From assembly GCA_026770705.1 (NCBI GenBank), contig JANJGN010000034.1, positions 11,346,001-11,410,000 on the forward strand: DNA of 64,000 bases. Reading direction: 5' to 3'. This DNA is from Isurus oxyrinchus (lineage: Eukaryota). Position numbers and translations under genes: made by a program. Positions 11,441 to 21,640 of this stretch are shown one piece after another (position 1 is the first letter of the stretch; each line of letters begins with the position of its first letter). A model generated the notes under the pieces. The model ran no database searches. It saw nothing but the letters and a program-made list of their open reading frames with translations, and was not told the DNA's origin.

Positions 11441-13309
11441 GCCTTCCGCTCAAATGCAAAACTGGGCATATTTGTTTCGAGATTATACTTAGGACTCCAA
11501 AATTTGATTCGTCCTAAAGTGGAAGCATATTCTCCAGGCTTACTCTTTCAAATGCCTTCAACATTTTAAGGACATCAGGAAAATGCCGTGGCCTATTTAG
11601 CCTTTCTAGATATTTAACACCTCTCAGTTTCGGTATCATGCTAGTAAATTCTGCACATTACAGTCTTAGGATTTAAATTTGTAATTCGATTATTAGGAAA
11701 AGTAATGGCAGCTATGCAAGTCCAACAATTATCCAAGTTTCGAATTCTGGCAATTATTTAAGTTGCTCATATCATCATTCAGAGAAAGGCTGAAATGGTC
11801 ACCTCTTTAAAGTGCAGATGGCGTATTGCATCATAGATTACAAAACAGTGACACTGAATGTTCAGACTCAAATCGTTCATTGTTTCAGCCGAACTTGGCA
11901 GGTTTAGGGGAAGTGCTCCAACTGCTGACTTATCAATGTGAAACTGCAGGGCCAAAGGAAAGACCGAAGACATGGAGGGAAAGAGCAACCTCTTGTATCT
12001 GAGAGCAACATGTTCCTGAGGCAGGGGGCCAGAACAAATTGAAACACTTAAACCAAACTTTAGGCACGAGGCACCAGTTGATTTATGCTCTGCTTCCCAA
12101 TAATTATTCATTTTAGTACTTTCAGTATAACACCTTGTAGAGACAAAATGTGCACTGAAGCAGAGACAGGTTTAGAGTTTGTGAGAGAGAGGCAACGAGA
12201 CAAAGCGAAAGAAAAAGAAAGAGTCTCACTGTGGTTGAGATATGGACAGAGTGAGAGATAGGGAGGGAGTGGCAGAGGGACGCACTAAGTGAAAATTGAG
12301 GAAAGGTTGCAGGACGGGGGCATGGGGTGGTGGTGGCAGCAGAGAAGGGGACAGGGAAGGGTGTCAAACTATTAGGAGAAATTAAATATATTTCTTTATT
12401 ATACGTAAATCTCCAGACAGCCATTACTGCTAAACATATTAACAGTTGAACCTTGCCAGGTGAACATTGCACAGCCTTGACAGCCAGGCTCGAGGCAAAG
12501 GTTGGCATAAATTAGATTAAGTGCTCCTCTCTCAGATAGGGAAGGGGCAAAATGGTGTTGACTAAGATATGGGAAGATGAACAATGGACAAAGAGGGGGC
12601 TTTGATGAAACACAAACAGTCTTGAGTTGCAAGAATCAAGGTTCATGTATATGTGCCTTAATTCTGATTGGATAGCAAATATATATATACATGCTTTAGA
12701 ATAATTGGAAAGGAAAATCGCATGTTTATGCACTCAATAGGATAGAGATAGTATGGAATCAATGTTGGTGGTTATGAATTGGATGTCTTCAAATGAACTC
12801 AAATATATTATGATAAGAAAAAGTACAAAAGCAATGAAATGTAATTGATCTGGGAACTAGGTCTCATTTCTTAGGCATGATTGCGCCCCCTTGCATATCT
12901 TTGAATAATGCTGGTTCAATGAAGCCTGAGTCTCGTGTGGTCATTGCGGCATCAGAGAGTGCAACATCCCCTCTTCACAAAAAAAGAAACGAGAGAGGCA
13001 AATGGACAATTGGATTCATTGAAGTGAAGGATGGGGGGAACAGTCCTTTTCACACTAATTATGTGTTAAGGTAGAATGGCTCCTGCAGCAACATCAGTCT
13101 CCTCCCTTATGTTGTTTCTGTTCTCCTTTGATTATCCTGTACTTGGAAGTGAGAGGCACTATTTAAAAGAGGCTCATTGTCATTCATAAGGCCGGAGAAA
13201 ACGTAGCCAGATCTAACAACATTACTGCTGCTGATGCTTTGAGTTTTCTTTAAGGTTTCTTTCAGAGCTTCTAACAGCTATAAATAATCGGGAAACATTT
13301 ACTCCTTTT

Positions 13310-14055
13310 TTTTCAATTCATCCACGGGGTGTGAAGTTCGCTGACTGGGCTATCACTTAATGCCCATCCCTAATTGCAATTCAGATGGTGGTGGTGAGAT
13401 GATATTTTGAACCGCTGCACTCCCTGTGGTGTAGGCACAACCACAGTGCTGTTAGGAAGGGAGTTCCAGGATTTTGACTCATCGACAGTGAAGGAACGGC
13501 CGATATATTTCCAAGTCAGGTTGTTGAGTGGCTTGGAGGGGAACTTCCAGGTGGTGGTGCTCCCATGTGTCTGCTGCCCTTGTCCTGCTAGATGGTAGTG
13601 GTTGTGGGTTTGGAAGTTGATGTCCAAGGAGTTTTCTGAATTCTTAATGTGCATCTTGTGCATGGTACACACTTCTGCCACTGTGCGTCGGTGGTGGAGG
13701 GAATGAATGTTTGTGGATGGGATGCCAATCAAGCTGGCTGCCTTTTCCTGGATGGTGTCAAGCTTCTTGATTCTTGTGGGAGCTGCACTCATCCAGGCCA
13801 GTGGGGAGTATTCCACCAGCAGGGCATTGATTTTGGGGGAATCAGTGATGCTAATGTCATTGAACATCAAGGGCGATGGTTCGATTCTCTATTTTTGGAA
13901 ATGTCATTGGCTGGTGTTTGTGTGGTGGGAATGTTATCGGCTGCTCATCATCCCAAGCCAGGATATTGTCCAGGTCTGGCTGCATTTGGACATGGAGTGC
14001 GTCAGCATCTGTGGAATCGTGAATGGTGTTGGGCATTGTGCAATCATATGCAAAT
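13310..14055 (-). mobile_element. CR1/L2-group LINE 3' fragment (copy 2 ~54590-55335)
   Basis: ORF 13370-13870 EYSPLAWMSAAPTRIKKLDTIQEKAASLIG...HSLHHRRTVA...WNSLPNS; same family as 39770-41720. Confidence 0.9.
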
Positions 14056-15399
14056 CATTCATATTTTACTATCATGCATGGATTCTATGTCCTGTTTAAT
14101 AATTCATTACTTCTCTCTGTTTCCTATGCTCAGAATACCAGTCGTCAAACTCCATAGCATAAATTCATGAAACATGCACCTTTATATCACATAAATACAT
14201 AGTTCTATACATATTTTAACAAAAGCATGAAAAATTATGAATGGATCTATTCAGCACCTGGAGATAATAATCCTTATCCAACATAGGCATGCTGGGTCAA
14301 TAATGATGCATGGTGTAGGGTGCGGCAGATGCTGATGTTTATCTGTGAGTTGAAGTTTCACAGGATGGAGGATATGAGACTGTGATGGAGAGAAAATGAG
14401 CTTACACATCAAATTTGGGGTGGAGTTTGGCACCGGTTACAGCCTTGCAACAATAGCTGGGAAAATGGGGATCTAAAGGCTACAGAGGTTTCCACCTGAA
14501 GGTGATCCATTTATCCTGATTCTCCGCTTCCTGGCCAGTGGCCTTAATCTACCTACTGATTCACTAAAGGCAGCTGCATCTCATTCATGGTTTAATGTTC
14601 AACAAACAATGTGACATCACAGAAATAGAGGAGAGTCGTGGTGGTTGGCACAGAGGGAGAGATGGATGTTTAGAGCAAGTTGGTGGAAACAGATCCGATA
14701 TCAAGGAATTTTGCCTCCGGAAGATAACAGGTACATGAGGTAAAGTTGCACAGGAATAGTTCAGTGGTTTAACTGAAAGGCAGTAGATGGAGAGAATAGC
14801 CATATCTGCAAGTTTGCTGCCTTGATTTGGATTGCTTCTAGTGTTACTAAGGAATAGCAGTCCCACTGAGTTCAAAACTTAAGAATGATAGTTTTTTTGA
14901 CTATACTGAAGAATGCAAACTGGCTGCAGAACCATACACGGTGCTCCATGACCAGGGAAAGACAGCTTGCTCTGCACCCGCCCAGGGCAGCTTCAGTGTT
15001 GCAGTCGGGATGCAAGCTGCAGCAGGGAGACATAAGTTGGGAGTCGGCTTAAATAGAGAAATGTATGTGATGTGTATCCATGTTCAGCATCTCTAGAGAG
15101 GAATGAGAATATCAATATGGGTGCTAGATTGCAGTTGCGGATAGGAATTTTGGGGTTTTCTTGTGGGAAGTTATTGCTAACATTAGTGTTGAAAATTAGA
15201 ACATCCAAACTCAATAATGTTAAACTGGCAGCTGGAGTGAACTAGAGAGGCAGGAAAGGAATATGTTGAATAGGTGGTGAGACTCACTGATGTGATGACT
15301 TGCGACAAGGAATGATCGGAGATCTAACAGGAACTTCAAGGCAAGGAGAAATGCAAAGCATCGGTAATAAAGACAAAATACGACGCATGCGCAGAACGT

Positions 15400-15510
15400 G
15401 AAGCAAAAACAAAAAAAAGCTGGAAAAACGCAGCAGGTCTGAAAGCATCTGTGGAGAGCGAGACCGAGTTAACGTTTCGAGTCCGTGTGACTCTACTTCA
15501 GATCTACTAG
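15400..15510 (-). mobile_element. Penelope-derived terminus with a degenerate minimal hammerhead ribozyme (copy 2 ~56675-56780)
   Basis: CTGAAGTA-GAGTC-acacg-GACTC-GAAAC-GTTA, followed by ctccacagatgct...gacctgctg...tttccagc. Confidence 0.65.
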
Positions 15511-16909
15511 CATGGGGAGTGTTTGGTTCCGTGGAAAAGTGGTTGGAAAAAGCGGTCAGTGAAACCAATGGTCGAAACATTTGTGACCAACATGAACTCC
15601 TCGAACTTATAATTAGCATAAAAATTTCGAAGGCTGTTGTTTCCAGCACAGTTTGATTCCTAAAATGTCATGAATCAGTCAAATTGTCTCTTAACCATTG
15701 GTTTCATGAAGGAATAATTGCGGTTTGCTCTTCCATGTCAATATTTGTGAAACACTGAATGCTACTCGATTGCACAATGAATTCACCTTTCTGAACTCTT
15801 ACATTCCAGAATATTTCCGCCCATCCTGGGTTCTGTCACATTTCCTCTATTGGAACAAAGGATTCATTTATCAATCACACAATGCTGAGTGCAGTGAGAC
15901 CCAGCAGACTGACGCAGCAGGGTTAATATTTGATTAAGTTTGCATTTTGGACGACGAACGATTGCATATTTAAAACAGTAGTGAAAATCTATTTAAATAA
16001 AAGAACGTCCACGAATATTCCGGCTTTCCTTTCATACCCAACAATTAAGTCATTTTGCTTCCATTTTTTTCTTTAGTTTCCAGTTCCTTCTTTCACTCAG
16101 TCGGAAGTTGCAACTTCCCTAACATTATTCCTGCATTTTTTTGAAGGGGCAAAGAAGGTACTTCATGTTTTACTTCCTCGGGAACTTTCACACAAGCTAT
16201 TAATCCCTTAAGGAGAGCTGACAGTTTCATTTCATCTCAAGCTGCATTAAACATAACATCAATGGTTAAAAAAAAGCTATATCAATGCACCATTACCATG
16301 CGCCAAAATTTGTCTTGCTCCATTTGCCAATAAATGTGCAGTTCAACAAAGATCCATTTTGTTCTTAATTACTTCCAAGAGTGAATTTGTACAAACGGCA
16401 GCTAAAATCCACATGCAAATGAGTTTGCAGTTTATTCTGAACTCATCTGTTTCATGATTTCCCTATGGTGGAAACACTAAATTCTGAAACAAATTAGACA
16501 GGCTTCTCAAAGCCTATTAAGGGAACTATGTTCCGGTCCCTCAACTTAAATGTCACAATTAGTGTGGGGTGAGGAGGGGATATGGGGGTGTGGGCGGAGG
16601 GCTGGAGAGGGAGTCGGGGAGGCGTGGGGTGCAAATGTTGGTTTGAAAGGGTTCAGTTCAGCCACAAAGGCATTAGTTGTCATGGGAACAAGAACTTCAA
16701 AATCAATGAATTGATGTAAATATACAGATTAAGACAATGGCCACAAACTATGGCGATGGTCTACAATGTTGAAAGATGTGAGGCTGTTTCGAGGGCTCAG
16801 GGAAAGAAAAAAATGGCTTACTTTACAAAATTCGAGGGACATGTGGACAGAAGAAAAGCCATTCCGTCCCGCAGACCTGTTTCACCATTCAATGGGAGCA
16901 TGGTGCATT

Positions 16910-17240
16910 TAGTCATAGAGTTTTACAGACAGAAAAGAGGCCCTTGGGCCCATCTTGTCCACGCCAGCCATCAAGCTCCTCTATAATCTAATCCCATTTT
17001 CCAGCACTTGGCCCGTAGCCTTGTGTGCTGTGACGTTTGAAGTATTCATCTAAATACTTCTGAAATGTTCATAGAGTTCCTCCCTCTACCAGCCCCTCAG
17101 GAAGTGAGTTCCAGGTATCCTCCAAACTCTGGTGATTTTTTTCCCTCAAATTCCCTCTAAATCTCCTGCTCCTTACCTTAAACCTTTGGCCAATGGCTAT
17201 TGACCCTGTCACTAAGGGCAAAGGTTTATTCCTGTCTCGC
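16910..17240 (-). mobile_element. CR1 LINE 3' end fragment (copy 2 ~58188-58520)
   Basis: gtcatagagttttacag...gaggccc...cccattttccagcacttggcccgtagcc...gagttccag, the reverse of a CR1 3' end. Confidence 0.75.
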
Positions 17241-18316
17241 CTATCAGCGTCGAGATAACATGTAACCTTAGGGCACTAGAAGTTTCTGCACGAATGTTGG
17301 AAATGATGAAAGTCAAAAAAGAAATGAACTCTCCTGAAACCAATTCCACGAATACTGGCCAAGGAAATGAAAGGGGTTTGCTTTGGAATGAAGAGCATAT
17401 AAAGGGGGTTTATATTAGAGTTTCAGTTATGTCATGATTTTGTGCCTTATTCAATGGTCGCCGCCCGTTTGGATGCGTATTCATGGTCGAATCGCCTTTC
17501 TGATAACATGTCCTGTTATGCACTGCCTTCCCCTGTCCTCTCCCACTCACCAATACCCAAATGGAACGCTGTCCCCTCCCCTACTCCCATTACCAGTGAA
17601 CTCCATAGCTCCCATCACCAGACCCTTCTGCACTGATCTCACCAGTCCCTCTGACACGCACATCACATAGCCTGCACCACACTCCAGCCTTAGTTCCAAT
17701 TCCTCGCTCCTCGCAGAATTCCATCCACAAAACTCATCCTCCTTGACTAGTTTGCCCAGTCCTGTCACCCACTCCGATCACTTTTTCACATCCCCAGTCT
17801 AATCAACTTACACCTCTCCCACTCTGATCCCTTTAGGATCTCACAAGCAGGAAGCTAATGGGAGATAGCTGCCAACAAGAAAGAAGCGTGAATTAGAGAG
17901 TGGACTTGTAGGCTTGCTTGGTGTCTCACCAAGAAGTGTCGAGGTTTGTGTGGTTGAGCATATAGCATTTATTGTTAACACACAACTATTTACATATCTC
18001 CAAGGTATAGCCCAAGGTATAGCTGTTTTCATGCAGACGGCTCTCAGACTCTCTACACACTGTATACTATGATGTGACACTCTACAATCTGGGCAGTATT
18101 GCTCTCTAGTCCCATATTAACTCCTGCATGCCCAACTACACTTATACTAAATTGAATTCGTCAATGTTCATGAGTGACATTGGGTGCACAGCTCTGGGTG
18201 GGCAGTTATCAGACTCGGCAGCCTCCCTGCACTCCTCCTGTCCTCCCCATGCGTAAACCGCATTGCTGATTGTGGTGTCTTCGCGCAAGCGCAGAGCGAA
18301 GCGCCATATCACTTGC

Positions 18317-18584
18317 CAGGGAAATTCTTTCGATTGTTTGCGCTCTTGTGGGCGCAGTGTAATCTCCACCGTCCCACACTGTCAAGGGCTTCAGTAGGAG
18401 TGATCCGTTAGGCATGAACAAGGCTGTATTGAATTGTATTTTTTTAATTGTGAAGCTGGACAGACCGTTCCACACCAAGAATTTTGTCTTCCCGAAGTAC
18501 CACAACCAAACCTTCACACCATCTGAGGGTTTAACTGAAAGAAAAATGCGTTTCCTCCGACGGTCCCATTAATCCGATTGTTTC
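18317..18584 (-). pseudogene. Gene B, copy 1: second Cys-less IgV (CEACAM N-domain-like) pseudoexon
   Basis: Acceptor tgtctctgacag; NNRINGTVGGNAFF /fs/ SVKPSDGVKVWLWYFGKTKFLVW...LFMPNGSLLLKPLTVWDGGDYT; G strand looks truncated; donor gcaagt. Confidence 0.85.
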
Positions 18585-18654
18585 CTGTCAGAGACAGTAA
18601 AACCCTGGGGCACAGATGAGGAAAATAAACCCGTAATGAGAAAGGCGGTCACAC

Positions 18655-18921
18655 TCGGCACATCGTTGGCTTTTCTGTAACGATGTTGATAGTGTAATCT
18701 CCACCGTCCGAACCTGTCACTGAATTCAGCAGGAGGGACCCGTAAGGGAGGAATAACTCAGCACGTTCATAGCGTTCAATAGTTCTACCAGAGCCTGCAT
18801 GGAGCCACTTCGCGATGCTTTTGTCCCCGAATTGCCATCTCCCATTCCGCACCACAGCTGACGGCTCCACCCGAAAAATCTACAGCGTTTCCTCCCACGG
18901 TCGCTTTAATCCGACTGTGTA
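18655..18921 (-). pseudogene. Gene B, copy 1: first Cys-less IgV pseudoexon
   Basis: Acceptor tttctctcctcag; HSRIKATVGGNAV /fs/ VEPSAVVRNGRWQFGDKSIAKW...YERAELFLPYGSLLLNSVTGSDGGDYTINI. Confidence 0.85.
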
Positions 18922-19080
18922 CTGAGGAGAGAAATCCAAAATAATAAAAGCGGTCAAACTCCACACAACATACACTTTTCGAAAGTGATAATAATAACAT
19001 CCACTGATTTGCCCTGAGAATCTCGTGCTGTCGTTCTTCTCCAAACCTTAGCAAGAGAGATACGAGAAAGTGATCCTCAC

Positions 19081-19132
19081 CCACAGGTATCAATAAATAA
19101 ACATGTCCCGCGCTAAGTGTCAGTCTCCACAT
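19081..19132 (-). pseudogene. Gene B, copy 1: leader exon MWRLTLSAGHVYLLIPV
   Basis: ATG at 19132, 52 nt, phase-1 donor gtgagg, 159 bp upstream of the IgV exon. Confidence 0.75.
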
Positions 19133-19159
19133 CCCGAGAGAAACACGCAAGTCCCTATT

Positions 19160-19285
19160 ACACTCGGTGACCGATCCGCTCTCCCGCTGTACAGGGCAGA
19201 TCAATTTAATCGTTTACTGAAGTAGCAATACTGATTGGACCGTGGCTTGTTCATCTGTGCTGAAACTCATTCACAGATGCTGAAC
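19160..19285 (-). promoter_or_regulatory. Gene B promoter with a CCAAT box, paralogous to the gene A promoter (copy 2 ~60433-60555)
   Basis: ctgattggaccg at 19231-19242, with similar flanking order to 5790-5910. Confidence 0.55.
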
Positions 19286-19579
19286 ATTTATGTGCTGGGC
19301 ATGGTTGACATCCGAAGAAAATCTACAGCGTTTCCTCCCCCTGAGTGCTGGTCACTTGCCTGGCACCTCATTCTACGGAGAGGGAGCTGCTATAATCCAG
19401 TAATATATTCGAAATATTGATGCGCGTGGCGTTTCTTTTAGTGCTCAGTCGCTATTTGTTGTTTTGGCAGAGTAACATTGGAGAGTGGGTGCAGACACGA
19501 TGGAGCGAGTGTCCTCCTTGTGTACCGTTAAAACTCCGTGATTCTGTGACTGAGATATTCATTCAAGAACAGAAAGTTA

Positions 19580-19840
19580 CGACCTTCCCGACTGAAGCAC
19601 TAAGGAACCTCCATGAGCTGCTTCTATCCCCTGAGATTACTGCGTTCCTCCAATTCCCATCTCTGGTACATCCCAGATTTTAAGCACTCTACAATGGTGA
19701 ACCTGCTGCTCAGTTCCCTCATTCCTAAGCTCTGGGAATCTGCTCCCGAACTTTTCCACCTCTCTACCTCTATGTACTCAAGACCCTCCCTAAAAACTTC
19801 CCCTTTGACCAATGTTTTAGACAACTGTCCTAATGTCTTC
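19580..19840 (+). mobile_element. L2-type LINE/SINE 3' end fragment (copy 2 ~60870-61110)
   Basis: cctaagctctgggaatc...cacctctctacctct...cctttgaccaatgtttt. Confidence 0.55.
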
Positions 19841-19886
19841 TGCTTTTGCCCGGCTTCAAAATTGATTACGTAACAGGACTACGAAC

Positions 19887-21065
19887 TGTTACGACCGGAG
19901 CCGATGTAATTTACTGAGCAAACCAATCCCCAGTGAGAAATTTGTATGACTGATGATAAACTTTTTAACGAGGGAAAAGACGGCTGATCCCAGAAGCACA
20001 GAATACCAGTAACACTTCTATTACTTAAAGATTTAAAATACTGTTAACAACAAGAAAAAAAAGCTTAAGCACACAAGATTAAAGTTGCAGAGTTAAAACA
20101 ATTTTACAAAACATCCTTCCTCCCACCAACCCCCAAAGCACCCGCTTCGTCAGAACACTCAAGTGAACTCCTTGGCAACAGCTCCCATATAGATTTAAAC
20201 TATTAAAATCCTTTGCTATTACCCAATCCATGAACTGCAGTCACGTTAGTAAAGAGACATGACAAGACTTCTCATTCTCTTCCATTGCTGGGAAATCCAA
20301 TAAAGTTCAGGAAACAAACTGTTGTCTGAGATAAAGACTTTTCTGGTCCCACTGGCTGATTGTTTCAGGTTTCACAGCTTTTCTCAGCAGAGTTGGTCTC
20401 AGGGCTTACACGCAACAAACCCTTCCCCATACACAGAGCCACGACTACTCATCTAAACATGTTTCCTTAAATATCTTTTTTTTACCTTTCATCTTAGCTC
20501 TCATTGCTCTCAAACGCCTCTTTGAACTCATTTTTTTCCAAACTATGAAAATTTTTCATGATTACCTATTGCCTCTACTTTCGTGTCAAATATAATTGAG
20601 TAGTTTACCCTTGTTTGCTTATGAACTCTTTGTAAACTGTTAAAGTCCCTTTTCACTTCTTTGAAATCCAACAGCTGATAAGTGAAGACGCGATGTATCT
20701 CATAATGCAAATTGTAAATCCACTTCATTGGCGCCCCACATTACAAATGCATGTGTCTAGCGAAATTACACTTCTTTCTCTCAACTCCCAAGAAAAATTG
20801 CCTATATGAACAACTTAATTAANNNNNNNNNNNNNNNNNNNNNNNNNNNNNNNNNNNNNNNNNNNNNNNNNNNNNNNNNNNNNNNNNNNNNNNNNNNNNN
20901 NNNNNNNNNNNNNNNNNNNNNNNNNNNNNNNNNNNNNNNNNNNNNNNNNNNNNNNNNNNNNNNNNNNNNNNNNNNNNNNNNNNNNNNNNNNNNNNNNNNN
21001 NNNNNNNNTTGACAGGATATCATCATACTCCCTTACAATTAAAAACAATCACGTTCATCGTCTTA
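19887..21065 (-). mobile_element. 3' LTR of a Gypsy-family element, interrupted by an N block (copy 2 ~61156-62330)
   Basis: Ends ...GGTCGTAACA on the minus strand; preceded by purine tract GAGGGAGG at ~21066-21073 and an RNase H remnant. Confidence 0.65.
20823..21008. other. 186-nt N block
   Basis: Run of n in the sequence. Confidence 1.
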
Positions 21066-21279
21066 CCTCCCTCAAGGTAAAAAATCTGAAACGTTTATTT
21101 CAAAAAGACGTTTTCATTTGATCAACTCACTTCGTATTACTTCCTATTCATATCTAAATAAAAAATACTGTTACACTAGGGTGCTCATGCATCAACCATG
21201 AATAAATAAACAATTGTTTTGTAAGAGTAAAGTTCATTCCAATCCATTCACAATTTACCAACATCCAAGCAATTTTGAA

Positions 21280-21640
21280 TGTTAGCTCTTGGCAGCGCAT
21301 CTGCAATTAAATTCTCTCGCCCAACCACGAGCATCATTTTTAAATTGAACATTTGCAATAACAAATTCCACCAGAACAGTCTGGTGTCTTGGTCTCGAAA
21401 CTCTTCCAGAAACTACAAAGGATTATACTTAGCATATAAACCTGTCTCTGAAGTGTTGTTTGCACATACACATTGAAATGATAGAAAGCTAAACCCAAAC
21501 TTAAAGTCTCCTTTTCTAGAGCTGAGTGTTTCTTCTGATGCATATTCAAATGTGAGACATGTCCTGCTGGTTTCTCAAGTCCCAGTTCACTTTCCTGTAA
21601 TGACATAGCGTCAACATCCACATTTCTACACCGCACATTT
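21280..21640 (-). mobile_element. Gypsy pol RNase H remnant (copy 2 ~62545-62905)
   Basis: HQKKHSALEKETLSLGLAFYHFNVYV /fs/ YNPL*FLEEFRDQDTRLFWWNLLLQMFNLKMMLVVGRENLIADALPR. Confidence 0.85.

Noticed and set aside
13649-14170. Longest ORFs in the track (173 aa here; 188 aa at 39809-40375) as host genes
   Set aside because: They are antisense or alternative frames of decayed LINE ORF2
21009-21020. TGACAGGATAT resembles a T-DNA border next to the N block
   Set aside because: Only ~11 nt match and it then diverges; expected by chance
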